In this document: positions 19,118-30,057 of the stretch, piece after piece
Layout: each line of letters starts with the position of its first letter
Numbering within the stretch: the first letter of the stretch is position 1
DNA from: Planctomycetota bacterium
Lineage (GTDB): Bacteria > Planctomycetota > GCA-002687715 > DRQF01
DNA length: 64,000 bases
Reading direction: 5' to 3'
Assembly (NCBI GenBank): GCA_036479435.1
Contig: JAZGFI010000117.1
Coordinates: 1-64,000 of the forward strand
The notes under the pieces: generated by a model
The model's input: the letters and a program-made list of their open reading frames with translations, nothing else
Databases searched by the model: none
Told to the model about the DNA's origin: nothing
Program-made: the position numbers and the translations under genes

Positions 19118-20821
19118 GTGAAGCACATCGCATTCATCACTGTCATGGTGGCCCTCGCCGCCTCACTTTCCGCTCAAATTGCCAAGCCCGATTTTAGCAA
19201 CGTCAGCGACATGTCGCTGCTTGGATCGGCGGCGCAAGAAGTCAACGACTTGAGGATTACGGACACGCTGGCCAACCAGACGGGCAACGCTTGGCATTTG
19301 TCTCAACAGGGCGTCTTGGCGGGATTTGAGACGACTTTTGACTTTCGCATCACGCCGGGCCCGGTGTTGGCGGAAGGCATGGCTTTCATCATCCAAAATG
19401 CTGCTGCCGGATCGAATGCGGTCGGCGGAACGATTTGGCGTCTTGGCTACTCGAACATCCCGAACTCGATCGCGATTGAGATCGACACCTTCAATGACGG
19501 CTTCATCAACGACACCAGCAGCAACGAGCTCAGTGTTCACACGAGGGGTTTACTGGGCAACGACGAGAACGAGAATTTCTCGATCGGGCGGACGACGCCA
19601 GCCATCCTGCTGTCGGACGGCAATGTCCACACCATGATGATTCGCTACGTCCCGGGATTGCTTGAAGTCTTCATTGACAACTTGGTCACGCCGCTGTTGT
19701 CAATCAACTACGACTTGTTGGCTGGCGGCACTTACTTGACGGGCGGTTCAGCCGGAGGACTTAGCCTCCCGAACGGCTTGGCTTGGGTTGGGTTTTCGGG
19801 CACGACCGGTGCTGGTAATCTCAACGAAGAAGTGGATATCTTGAACTGGACTTTCACTTCTAACTCGCCTTTGGACCCTTGCTTTTCCGGCAACGTTGAT
19901 GCGGCCAACGGCGACCCGGTGGATGCCTTGACCGTCAACGGCTCGCGCGGTGACTTTTTCCGCCACGTCACAACGGATACTTTTTTGCCCTTGTCCTTTG
20001 AGATGGCCACGCCGCCCGCAAACACCGGCCCTGCCAACTTCATCATCGTTGGCCAGATCGGTGCTGCCGATGGCAGCGAGATCTTCTCGACGGTCTTTGG
20101 TGATGTGTGTTTCCCGGTCGATGTCGCGGTTCACTTGCCGACGACCTTTACGCTTGTGAACACCTTCCCAACTTCTTCTCCTGGGCTTTTACCCGCCATC
20201 GCAACGCCCTGGAATGTATCGCTGCCCCTTGGTCTTAGTTTCCCGACTGTCTTTAGTCTCCAAGGAGCGGTCGAAGATGATTCGGCGTCCACGGGCGTTG
20301 CGATCACCAATGCGGTGATTGTGGAGGTCGTTGTGGCTCAAGCACCGACCCTCGCTAACATTGTGCCGCTGAGTGCACCGGCAGGAGATCCTGTGACGAT
20401 TTCGGGAACAGGCTTTAATCCGAACCTCAGCTTGGTGGTTGATGGCAACACGGTCGTCCCCACTTCGGTGTCGGCAACCCAGATCGTCTTTGCCTATCCG
20501 GCGGGAGTTGCCTGCGACAGCACGGTGATGATCAGCAATCCAGATGGTCAATCCTTGTCGTCTGCTTTCAATCCGACGCCGGTGGTCATCAACACCGTCA
20601 ACAGCACAGGGCCAGCGGCCGGGGGAACTACTTTCATCGTCCTTGGGACTGGTTTTTCCCCAGGATCTGCGGTCACCATCGGCGGTAGCGCCGCCACCGT
20701 CTTGACGGCCACCGCCGCGACCTTGATCATCAGCACACCGCCCGGCGTCACCGGCTCGGCCAACGTCGTCATCACCACGCCCGGCGGCTGTTCGGTCACC
20801 ACGACCTACACCTACTTGTAG
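19118..20821 (+). CDS. Secreted legume (L-type) lectin domain protein with two IPT/TIG domains
   Basis: Signal peptide, GFETTFDF, EGMAFII, IAIEIDTF, AWVGFSGTTG, then GDPVTISGTGF and GPAAGGT...GTGF. Confidence 0.85.
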   Translation: MKHIAFITVMVALAASLSAQIAKPDFSNVSDMSLLGSAAQEVNDLRITDTLANQTGNAWHLSQQGVLAGFETTFDFRITPGPVLAEGMAFIIQNAAAGSNAVGGTIWRLGYSNIPNSIAIEIDTFNDGFINDTSSNELSVHTRGLLGNDENENFSIGRTTPAILLSDGNVHTMMIRYVPGLLEVFIDNLVTPLLSINYDLLAGGTYLTGGSAGGLSLPNGLAWVGFSGTTGAGNLNEEVDILNWTFTSNSPLDPCFSGNVDAANGDPVDALTVNGSRGDFFRHVTTDTFLPLSFEMATPPANTGPANFIIVGQIGAADGSEIFSTVFGDVCFPVDVAVHLPTTFTLVNTFPTSSPGLLPAIATPWNVSLPLGLSFPTVFSLQGAVEDDSASTGVAITNAVIVEVVVAQAPTLANIVPLSAPAGDPVTISGTGFNPNLSLVVDGNTVVPTSVSATQIVFAYPAGVACDSTVMISNPDGQSLSSAFNPTPVVINTVNSTGPAAGGTTFIVLGTGFSPGSAVTIGGSAATVLTATAATLIISTPPGVTGSANVVITTPGGCSVTTTYTYL

Positions 20822-20874
20822 ACATCAACTGAGTCTTCATACGAGTCCAGCGAACTAAGCAAGAGGTCGAGCAC

Positions 20875-23269
20875 TTGTATCGAACTTGGGTTATTCTCGC
20901 TGGGCTCGTTGTGACTTTGGGCTTAGCCGCAGGCTGGCTGGTCTGGGAATTGGGCGGCGACGAAGGTGACTTTGTCGTCGAGCCAACATCGGCGTCGAAA
21001 GGCGACTCCGATGCCGTGTCACGGCCCCTGCTGGCGGCGGCGACTAAGGATGCCCGATTTGATGAAACGGCGGCACCCGTTGAGTCCGCCGCTGAAGAAC
21101 GAGATTCAACTTCTCCGGTGCTCCATTGCAGAGTAATTGACTTCCGGGGAATGCCTGTGGCGGGGGCCACCGTAAAGTTTTGGCCATCAAATCAGTCTTC
21201 GATTCTTGTGGGGCGTCCTGAGGGATTTGCGACGGGTGCTCACCCGAAGAGACAATCAGCTACCACCGACGCCGTGGGCAAAGTGGCATTTTACGATCTC
21301 GCACCCGGCCGCTACGAGCTTGCCGCCTCGACCGAGGATGCGGCGGGTTGGAGTCGTGCTGTTGTTGTTGATCCTGAGGAAATTGACCTGGTTCAGCGGC
21401 AACGAGATATCGAGCTCGTCCCGTGTCGTAGATTCGCAATTGTCGTCAAAGACGAAAGTGATGAGCCCATCGAATCTGCTTTGGTCGCGCTTGTCGATCC
21501 CGATTCGAAAGTCACGAGTTGGCATCTAGATGCTTTGAAAGGAGCCGCAATCTACGCGCACGGCATCACGAACGCAGCGGGTCAAGTTCAGATAACCGCA
21601 CTTCGTGATGCGATTTATCGGTCGTTAGAACTCGCCGAACGCATCGACATTGTGATCCCTCGCTTTGGAGGCAAGGCGTTCAAAAAGCGTTTTGAACTCG
21701 ACGATCGACGAGCCTTCGAATTCGAAGTCACGATCTCGCGGCCGGTGACGCTCGAGTTTCAGCTCGGCGAGGATGGAGCGGCTTTGCCCGCCCCAGGGAT
21801 CTTCATCAACTCCGGCGAAGAGTCCCAAAAACCACATCGTGAACACATTCAATCGAGTTCATCGCACCCCAGTGTGGTGGCCAGAGCGGTTGATCGACTT
21901 GCCAACCACTGGGCCTTTGAGATCCCGGAGGGAGGATTGCGCCTGGCGGCCTTCGAACCCAACGGAAAGGCCACTATCACCATTGAGCTGCCCGGAAAAA
22001 ACGACTCTCACCAAGTGGTTGATCTTCCCGCGCAGGGATCAAAGCGCGTGACGCTCGATTGGGCTGCAGCCTCTCGACAGGCTGGGAACACCGCCGCCAA
22101 GCGGGCGCGAGTCAGAGTCAGTCTGCGGGACGAAAAAGGAGCGGTAACGCGCCTAAAGAATCGCCTTTCCGTCGTGATTCGAACTCGCGATGGCGAGCCC
22201 TTGGATCTTGTCATGGCCAAGGACTCGCCCAGTGGCTGCCTGGAGTTCTTAGTCGAAGCGCACGTGGAAGGCACGGTCGTCGTATCTTCAGACGCTCGAG
22301 TCGGTGGGTTCTTGGGGCGTCGAGAACGGGAGTCCCCGGTCATCGCCGCGTTGGGGTTCTGGCCCCCTATCACCAGGCGAAGTAATCGACCTCGGCGTGG
22401 TCGAGGTCCCTCAACTCCCCTTCATTGCTAGTGGGGTCGTCGTTGACCACAAGGGCTCGCCACTTGCTTCTGTTCACTTCAGGGCAAGCGCACAAGGTTG
22501 GGGCTCACCGTGGGCCTCTGGACATGACAGCTACTTTTCCGCCACTTCCGATGATCGTGGGCATTTCGAAGTTCGAGGCTTGTTCGGCGACCAGACTGAA
22601 TTGTCACTGACGACTGGGGGAGAGTATCAAGTCGAGCCCCTGCCGTTTGTGGTGGGGGCCCAGGATCTTCTTGTCGTCGCCTATCCGCAGGGGGGAACTA
22701 GGGGTTACTTGCTGTATTCGGATCCGCGCATTTTGACCGAGGTCAGATGTCGACTCACATGCGAAGACGATGGCGAGTCGCATCATGTTCGACTGAATGC
22801 AAATGGCGCCGTGATCGCCACAGGACTCCCGGCTGGGTCCTATGCCTTCGCCCTCGACTTACATCGTAAAAGGATCAAGTCGTTTTCCGGCATCGTTGTG
22901 AAGTGGGGAGAAGTGACAAAGCCCTCAGAGTTGCAGGGTCATAGAGTTCGCACCGAACGCGAGTATCTCGATCTGCGAGTTTTGGACCCCGATGGTGAAG
23001 CTCTCGTCGGGGCGAAGGTCGGCTATGCGGCGACGCCTAGAAAGGGCGGAAGCCGTGGAGAGACCGAGGCCAATTCGGCTGGTCTAGCGCGAATTTTGGC
23101 GAAGCCCGGCGAGAGCCTGGATCTTTGGGTGACGCTGCCCTATGGCTGGAAACGGAACTCAAAACGGCAGATGCTCATTGCAAAAGCTCTCGGCATCACC
23201 CTGCCTCACACCATTAAGCTGCAATGGAACGCTGCGCTCGGGAAAGTTCCTGCGCCACGGCGTCGCTGA
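20875..23269 (+). pseudogene. Carboxypeptidase-regulatory-like (beta-sandwich repeat) membrane-anchored protein, frameshifted near 22350-22370
   Basis: RVIDFRGMPVAGATV repeats in 20875-22431 continue as GPLSPGEVIDLG...GVVVDHKGSPL in another frame (22304-23269). Confidence 0.7.
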
Positions 23270-23391
23270 ATTCAAGGGCCCCGTGCTCGAAGATCGGACT
23301 ATCAACATCGAGATCAGCGACGAGCACTGGGTCAAGATTGCGGAGCTGATCAAAAAGTACGAAGCCGCAGAGTGAGCAGGTCCCAGGGCGT

Positions 23392-23853
23392 CTAATCGGC
23401 GAGGAATTCGATCTCGCCACCGGGCAAAAAGTAAAGGATGAGCATCGTGCCGTCGGTGACGGTGGGGATGTGAGTGGAGTCGGGCGGGTAGCAAACCCAG
23501 CCCTCGGGTTGGCCGTCGAATTTTGGCGTACCGTCGATAGCGAAGCATAAGTCAAGCTCGCCGTTGGGATGGCGGTGACGGGGGCCGGGGGTGGACATCA
23601 AGACGGCGTCGACGCTGAAGCCCTGAAGGTCCTTGGCGACCCGGCCGAACTTCACCGATCCGGCCTCCTTGGGCATCAGCCAACCCTCTTTCCAGCCCGC
23701 GATGGCCTCCTTGCGGATCTTCTGCAGACTTTCTGAGTCGAGGGGATGGGTTTCGTTGAGGTCGTCGCCTACTTGTTTGCCGTCTTCAATGTCGACGGCA
23801 GTGAGATCGGTGGCAAGAGGGCGGAGCAGCTCACAAAATTCATCTTTGGTCAT
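23392..23853 (-). CDS. DUF4863-family cupin-like protein
   Basis: KFGRV, GPRHRHPNGELDL, FDG, GWVCYPPDSTHIPTV, LYFLPGGEIEF. Confidence 0.8.
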   Translation of the reverse strand: MTKDEFCELLRPLATDLTAVDIEDGKQVGDDLNETHPLDSESLQKIRKEAIAGWKEGWLMPKEAGSVKFGRVAKDLQGFSVDAVLMSTPGPRHRHPNGELDLCFAIDGTPKFDGQPEGWVCYPPDSTHIPTVTDGTMLILYFLPGGEIEFLAD

Positions 23854-24974
23854 GATGTTTGGTCTCGGCAGTTCTGAAGGAGGGTCAACATCGCCGCGCG
23901 AAGTTCGGCGAGTTCAAAGGGCTTGATCAAAAAGGGATTGCCGGTTTTGTTGAGAAACCGGACGGTGTCTTCGTTGCTGACGTCGCCGGTGGCAAACAGC
24001 ACTCTTTGCGCTTTTGCGGGGTCTTTTTGTTTCAGCTCAGCGAAGAAGCTGGGGCCGGATAAATCGGGGAGCTTGACGTCAACGAGGGCCAAATCGAATT
24101 CTGAATTGAGGAGCTTGCTAAGGCCCGCGCGGCCGCGATCACAGGTTTCAATCTCGTGCCCTTCTAGGCTGAGGATGCGCTGGTAGGTTTCAGCGGTGTT
24201 GCGGTCGTCGTCGACGACGAGAATCTTGAGCGCGGGAAGGACGGCTTGGTCGCCTTCGGCCACTGTTGGCGTTAAAGGCTGCGGAACGGTTGCCGCGGAG
24301 TTTTCGATGTTGCTCAAGGTCAGACGGACCCGGCCGCCCCCCTCGAGCCGATTGCTGGACTCCCAGCGGCCGAGATGCTCACGCACGACGCGGCGGCATA
24401 TTTGAAGACCTAGACCCGCGTTCAAGCCCGGCTCATCCAGATCGAAATGCTCGGGGAAACCCGGCCCCTCGTCGTCGACTTCGATCACCAGATCGAAACC
24501 CTTTGAAGACGGTCCGAAGCGAATGGTCACGCGACCTTCGGATTCGTTTTTTGCCATCGCGTCTTCCGCGTTGCGCAGCAGATTCATGACGAGCCGCTTG
24601 ACGTCTTCGGGCCGGCCACGAAAATCGAAATCGGGCCCAGTGGCGACGGCGCGAACGACAATTCCCGAAAGGCGCGCGGGCCGTCCTTCGAGGGCGCTGC
24701 TTAGCATCTTGACGGGCTGGAACTCTTCAACCGGGGCGTGGCGGTCCGAGGAGAAAAACAATAGGTCGTCGACAATAGCGCGGCACTGAGTGGCGTTTTC
24801 TTTGAGATTCGCGATGAGCCGTTGATCGCCCGCTTTCGCGTTTCGCTCCAAGATCTCCGCCAAGGCCATGATGGAACCTAAGGGGTTTCTGAGGTCATGG
24901 ACGACCTCCGCTAGACGAGCGCCCATGCTCTCAAGGCGTTTACTTTGTTGCGGCTTCGAAGTTTGCTCGGTCAT
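23850..24974 (-). CDS. Hybrid histidine kinase/response regulator without a sensor domain
   Basis: HDLRNPL, NLLRNA, DDEGPG, GLGL, REC domain ILVVDDD...DVKLP...KPF. Confidence 0.88.
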   Translation of the reverse strand: MTEQTSKPQQSKRLESMGARLAEVVHDLRNPLGSIMALAEILERNAKAGDQRLIANLKENATQCRAIVDDLLFFSSDRHAPVEEFQPVKMLSSALEGRPARLSGIVVRAVATGPDFDFRGRPEDVKRLVMNLLRNAEDAMAKNESEGRVTIRFGPSSKGFDLVIEVDDEGPGFPEHFDLDEPGLNAGLGLQICRRVVREHLGRWESSNRLEGGGRVRLTLSNIENSAATVPQPLTPTVAEGDQAVLPALKILVVDDDRNTAETYQRILSLEGHEIETCDRGRAGLSKLLNSEFDLALVDVKLPDLSGPSFFAELKQKDPAKAQRVLFATGDVSNEDTVRFLNKTGNPFLIKPFELAELRAAMLTLLQNCRDQTS

Positions 24975-24976
24975 GG

Positions 24977-25777
24977 TCAGCTTTTTGTCGTGCCGAGGTC
25001 TCGTTGGCCTCGACGCCTCAGTGAGATCAATTCGGCGACGACGGATACGGCGATCTCGTCCGGGTTTTTGGCGCCGATGTCGAGCCCTACCGGGCACTTG
25101 ATGCGTTCGCGATCCGAGGTGGGATGGCCTTCTTTTTCAAGGTCTTTGAAGAACTGAATCTTTTTGGCGCGGCTGCCAATGATGCCGATGAAGCGAACGG
25201 GAGTGCCCAAGGCCCACTTCATGACTTCGTAGTCGTGATTGTGGCCGCGCGTCACTGAAATCAGGTAGCAGTTGGGACCAAGGCTTAGATGCTTGCCAAT
25301 ATCATCGAGCTCGGCGCATACAACGCGGTCGGCGTCGGGGAACTTCTCGGCGTTGGCGAAGTCGGGGCGATCATCGAAGACCGTCAGCTTAAATCCCGAC
25401 CGCGCGGCCAAATCGGCAATCTTGGCCCCGACGTGGCCGCAACCGACGACGTAGACCTCGGGTTCATTGAGTGGCTCGACCATGACTTCGAGTTTACCTC
25501 CGCAAGCTAGTCCCGTGCGTTCGGCTTCAAGACCGGAAAGGCTGAATTGCATCTTTCGGGGGAGACCGGTGTCGAGGCAGTCCAAGGCCGATCGAATAAC
25601 ATCGGCCTCAAGGCAACCACCGCCGATGGTCCCAATGATGCTGCCATCGCCGAGCACCACCATTTTTTGCGCGAGCTTTCCGGGCGTTGAGCCTTTGGTG
25701 TCCACAATGGTGGCCAAGGCCGCGAGAGTTTGTTCCCGGCGCAATCTTACGATGGCTTGATAGATGTCCTCGGGCAT
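24977..25777 (-). CDS. XdhC/CoxI-family molybdoenzyme maturation factor
   Basis: GSTPG, GTIGGGCLE, CGG, GCGHVG, TRGHNHD, IGSRAK, PVGLDIGA...EIAVS. Confidence 0.9.
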   Translation of the reverse strand: MPEDIYQAIVRLRREQTLAALATIVDTKGSTPGKLAQKMVVLGDGSIIGTIGGGCLEADVIRSALDCLDTGLPRKMQFSLSGLEAERTGLACGGKLEVMVEPLNEPEVYVVGCGHVGAKIADLAARSGFKLTVFDDRPDFANAEKFPDADRVVCAELDDIGKHLSLGPNCYLISVTRGHNHDYEVMKWALGTPVRFIGIIGSRAKKIQFFKDLEKEGHPTSDRERIKCPVGLDIGAKNPDEIAVSVVAELISLRRRGQRDLGTTKS

Positions 25778-25864
25778 TGAGAGTTCTAACAAAAGGAGGT
25801 TTGGGGGCGGAGCGTGAATGGAGAGCGGGACTCGAAGCCGGACCATCTGGTGTTAGATTCGCGG

Positions 25865-27706
25865 ATGGACTCCTCGAGCGCATCATCCGGAAAACCCATC
25901 GTCGTGGTTGGCGGCGGCCACGCTGGCAGCGAAGCCGCCCACGCGATTGCATCGATGGGGCAGACTTGCGTCCTCATCACGCTGGAAGCGGCGGCGCTGG
26001 GGAGGATGTCCTGCAACCCTTCGATTGGAGGCTTGGCGAAAGGACAGCTTGTCCGCGAGGTTGACGCGCTTGGCGGTTTGATGGGGCGGGTCGCAGATTT
26101 GACCGCCTTGCAGTTCAAGCTCCTCAATGCGACTAAAGGCCCGGCGGTCCAATCGCCGCGTTGCCAAAGCGACAACATTGCCTACAACCGGCTGGTCGTA
26201 GCGACGATGGCGGCGTTACCGAATTTGACGATTCTCGAAGACGAAGTCGCTGAACTTGTCGTCGAGGACAAATCCGTGCGCGGCGTACTGACGGTGAATC
26301 ACGGCCTCATCGATGCGGCCGCGGTAATCTTGACCACCGGGACTTTTTTGGGTGGCGTTCTTCATGTGGGGGACGAAGCGAAAGAGGGCGGGCGCGCGGG
26401 CGAAGGTGCGGCACACAAGCTCTCCGCCTCTTTGCGCGCCTTTGATTTTCGGCTCGGGCGTCTCAAGACCGGAACGCCGCCTCGCCTAAAAGCTGCGAGC
26501 CTCGATTTTTCGGTGATGGAGATTCAGCCGGGCGATGCTCGGCCCGTGAGATTTTCCTTCGACGATCTTTCGATCATCAAAGACCAAGTCCCCTGTTACA
26601 TCACGCGCACCAACGCAAAGACCCACCAGATCATCGCCGACAATATCGAACGCTCGCCGATGTACGCCGGGTTGATTTCGGGTACCGGTCCTCGCTATTG
26701 CCCGAGTATTGAGGACAAGATTCACCGCTTCGCCGATCGTGATAGCCACCAAATTTTCGTGGAACCCGAAAGCCTCGAAAGTGACGTTATTTATCCCAAT
26801 GGCATCTCGACCAGTTTACCCGCCGAGATCCAAGAGGATTTTCTCAGAACGATTTCGGGCTTTGAGTCGGCCGAGATCCTGCGCATGGGCTACGCCGTTG
26901 AATACGACTACGTCGATCCCACCGAGTTACACGCTTCTTTGATGACCAAGCGTGTTGAGGGGCTCTTTCACGCCGGCCAACTCAACGGCACCACTGGATA
27001 CGAAGAGGCCGCCGCGCAGGGCTTTATCGCCGGAGTGAACGCAGTACGGCGTCTAAGATCTGAAGAGGCTTTTATCCTGCGACGAGATGAGGCCTACATC
27101 GGCGTCTTAATTGACGATCTCGTCACGCGGGGGGTGCAAGAGCCCTACCGTATGTTCACCTCGCTCGCCGAGCACCGGCTTTTGCTCCGGCACGACACCG
27201 CGGATTTGCGTTTGGCGCATCACGCCCAAGAACTCGGTCTGGCGAAGCCCGGCTACCCCGAAGGCGTTGAAAAAAAACGTGCCTTGTTGAAGACGGGGCG
27301 GGCGCAGCTCGCATCCAAATTCAAAGATGGGCGCAGCTACGAAAAGGCGCTGCGCCAGCCTCGAGTCACACTCCTCGACTACCGCGACGAACTGCCGGAG
27401 TTTTTTGAAGAGCCCTGGAACGACGAGACTCGAAGGCTTTTGGAGGCGGAAGTTCTCTACTCGGGCTACGTGAAGCGTCAAGAAGACATCCTTCGCAAGC
27501 TTCGACGTGCCGAGTCGATGAAGATCCCGGAGAACTTGGAATTTAGCACGGTGCCACAACTGCGCGCGGAAGCGATCGAGAAGTTCCAAAAGATCCGACC
27601 CGCGACGCTGGGGCAGGCCGGGCGGATATCGGGAATCTCACAGCCGGACGTCGCTTTATTGATGCTGCACCTGGGGCGTCTACAACGTCAACAGAAAGAA
27701 TCCTGA
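25865..27706 (+). CDS. mnmG: tRNA uridine 5-carboxymethylaminomethyl modification enzyme
   Basis: [49 protein letters not shown]. Confidence 0.97.
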   Translation: MDSSSASSGKPIVVVGGGHAGSEAAHAIASMGQTCVLITLEAAALGRMSCNPSIGGLAKGQLVREVDALGGLMGRVADLTALQFKLLNATKGPAVQSPRCQSDNIAYNRLVVATMAALPNLTILEDEVAELVVEDKSVRGVLTVNHGLIDAAAVILTTGTFLGGVLHVGDEAKEGGRAGEGAAHKLSASLRAFDFRLGRLKTGTPPRLKAASLDFSVMEIQPGDARPVRFSFDDLSIIKDQVPCYITRTNAKTHQIIADNIERSPMYAGLISGTGPRYCPSIEDKIHRFADRDSHQIFVEPESLESDVIYPNGISTSLPAEIQEDFLRTISGFESAEILRMGYAVEYDYVDPTELHASLMTKRVEGLFHAGQLNGTTGYEEAAAQGFIAGVNAVRRLRSEEAFILRRDEAYIGVLIDDLVTRGVQEPYRMFTSLAEHRLLLRHDTADLRLAHHAQELGLAKPGYPEGVEKKRALLKTGRAQLASKFKDGRSYEKALRQPRVTLLDYRDELPEFFEEPWNDETRRLLEAEVLYSGYVKRQEDILRKLRRAESMKIPENLEFSTVPQLRAEAIEKFQKIRPATLGQAGRISGISQPDVALLMLHLGRLQRQQKES

Positions 27707-27711
27707 GCGCC

Positions 27712-28056
27712 GTGCCGCGCGTGACTTTTTGCGACGGTGATCGCGCGAAACCCATCCAAGTCGTGGAGCCGCCGGTTAACGCGACCCTGCTCGATGCTCT
27801 CAAACTCACGGAGCCGAGCTTGAGCTGGCGGCCACTTTGGAATTCGCGCTGGCGAAGCTGGCTCGGCCGCGAACCTGCGGGCGGCGAACCTTTGCTGCAT
27901 ATCTTGAGTGGCCACGAGGGGCTAACCCCGCCCTCCGCCTACGAAGTGCGCCGCTTCGGCGATGACGCTGAAAAAAAGCGTTTGGCCTCTCAAGCAGGCT
28001 TGCTCCGCAACGCGGTCATCGAAGTGAGTTTGCAGGACCCGCAGGCCCAAACCTAA
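27712..28056 (+). CDS. 2Fe-2S ferredoxin-like fold protein lacking cluster cysteines
   Basis: TLLDAL, HILSG..GLTPP..E, RLASQ where RLACQ is expected. Confidence 0.5.
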   Translation: MPRVTFCDGDRAKPIQVVEPPVNATLLDALKLTEPSLSWRPLWNSRWRSWLGREPAGGEPLLHILSGHEGLTPPSAYEVRRFGDDAEKKRLASQAGLLRNAVIEVSLQDPQAQT

Positions 28057-28067
28057 AAAGGCCTCGG

Positions 28068-29645
28068 TTACTTCGCGGCCCGCCAGGCTCTTGAGATCTT
28101 TTTTTGCACTTCGATCTGCACCTCTTTGGAACTCAAGGCGGGATGGTCGTGGTCGGTCAAGATGACGAGATCGAGCTCGGTGCCGAACTTCTCGACGGCG
28201 CGGCGAAAATGCAGAGTGGGGTTCACCAGGTAGAAATCGTCTTTGTCTCCGACCCTTAGGTGCAACGCTCTGGCGATGCTTTGGGCGCGGGCCGAGCCAC
28301 CGCGGGCGATGACTTGCGAAAGATCCGATTCCAAAAATTGCCGACGCACCCGATCGTCGATGTTGCCATTGCGGCGATCAATAAGAGGCAAGGGGCTCTT
28401 GTTGCCACTGCGTAAACCGAGCGAAGACTCGAAGGAGGTAAGCAGGCCGCCCCGGCCCAAGACTCCTTCGAAGGCGAGCTGGTGCTTGAAGTCAATGACG
28501 ACCTTGCCGTCGTGGCGCGCAAAGGCCCGCGGAGCCCCTTGTTCATCGATGAACACCGAGCCCGTGCCTCTCGATTTGAGATTCAAGCCGTAGAAAGATT
28601 GAAAATCTAGAGGATCAGCGGCGAGAACCCAGGCGGAGTTGAAAAAATCAGGGCGGTGCGCGATCAGATTAGTGGCGGCCCAGCCCCCGAGACCATAGCC
28701 GACCAAAAACCTATCCTTAGGCCGCGCGTCGATCGAAAATTCCTCTTCGATGGCGGGGATCAGCTCTTCAAACAAGGCCGTACGAAACGGACCGTTGACG
28801 GCGGAATCCATCCATAAATGGTGGCCCCATGGACCGTGAGGATCGATGATGACACGGATGAAATCAGCCGATTGGGTTCTCATTTCCGGCGATGCGAAGT
28901 ACAAGCCTAAGCGCTGGAAATACGACAGGGCGCCGCGCGCCCGATCGCCCAAGGTCGGAATCCAGTACTGCACCGGATAGGCCTTTTTTTCTTCGCCCGC
29001 TGCGGGGTAATTCTCCGGCAATACGACGGCGACATGGGCGTAAAACCGAGCGCCGAGATGACGGCCGACAAGCCGGGATTCGATATTTCGGTACTGAACG
29101 CGAGTCCGGGTCGAATCAGCGACTTGTTCGATCTCTTTGTCGACGACGAGCTTCACCATGCCGCTGGCTTGTGGATCGAGCAGGAGGCGTTTCAGGCGGC
29201 TACGCCCGTTTCCCGCGGCCTTTGTAAAGTCATAGTCGGTTCGGCTTTGGTGAATGACGGCCTGAACGCCGTATCTTCCGGGACTCAGATCCAACAGACC
29301 CGTGGGAAAACCCGGGCTGCTTTCGTCAAAGACGATCTCATCGCCGCGGGCAAAGCCGCTGACGTCGACTCGGAACAGATGGGGCGGAGCATCAAAGTTG
29401 TGGACTTTACTTCGCGGCTCACCGATGAGGTCTTTGCTGATAATCAGGTAGACGCTGCCGTCGACGGCCTCGCGCCGGTAATCCTTGTTGAAGGACACGG
29501 CGAAACGCAGCGGCCCGGGAGGGCCCTGGGTATCTGGCGTCTTCTGCTTTGCGCCTGGTCTGCTGGTCTGGCCCAGGAGGTCGGCGCTGCCGACGGCTAA
29601 GAGGGCCAAAAAGGCAAAAGTGAAAAGTGCGCGAAATGGCATCAT
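28068..29645 (-). CDS. Exported alpha/beta-hydrolase (putative esterase family)
   Basis: Signal peptide, YPVQYWI, DSAVNGP...LFEELIPAIE, RFLVGYGLGGW, DPLDF, VGDKDDFYL. Confidence 0.75.
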   Translation of the reverse strand: MMPFRALFTFAFLALLAVGSADLLGQTSRPGAKQKTPDTQGPPGPLRFAVSFNKDYRREAVDGSVYLIISKDLIGEPRSKVHNFDAPPHLFRVDVSGFARGDEIVFDESSPGFPTGLLDLSPGRYGVQAVIHQSRTDYDFTKAAGNGRSRLKRLLLDPQASGMVKLVVDKEIEQVADSTRTRVQYRNIESRLVGRHLGARFYAHVAVVLPENYPAAGEEKKAYPVQYWIPTLGDRARGALSYFQRLGLYFASPEMRTQSADFIRVIIDPHGPWGHHLWMDSAVNGPFRTALFEELIPAIEEEFSIDARPKDRFLVGYGLGGWAATNLIAHRPDFFNSAWVLAADPLDFQSFYGLNLKSRGTGSVFIDEQGAPRAFARHDGKVVIDFKHQLAFEGVLGRGGLLTSFESSLGLRSGNKSPLPLIDRRNGNIDDRVRRQFLESDLSQVIARGGSARAQSIARALHLRVGDKDDFYLVNPTLHFRRAVEKFGTELDLVILTDHDHPALSSKEVQIEVQKKISRAWRAAK

Positions 29646-30057
29646 GATTCCCCCGGCTACCGCAGCGCCGATCCTAACTTGCCGGGGTTCCAGAGGCACC
29701 CATCGCCCCCTCTCCCTTTTTTGTCGCCATGCTGGCCTTAGACCCTATGACGCTACTTTGGCGACTTTCCTTGCTGAGGGCTTGGAAACTTTGTTTGAGG
29801 GCCATCAAGAAAGCCCGGTCGTCGGGGCCTTGTTTGGCTCTAAATGAGACTCGTTCTCATTCAAAAAAACGGCAACTCTATTTCAATTTTCGACTTAGGT
29901 CTGTTTACGACTTCGGCCGATCGCATTATTCTCTTGCCAGTGGAGATGAACTCCACTGACAAGATTGAATGGAAGCCGCGCTGACGCCCGAACTTTACTC
30001 GGGCGACTGAGATGCGCGGGAGAGAAAGCTCGCACTTGCTTTCGGGAGGAATTTGCG

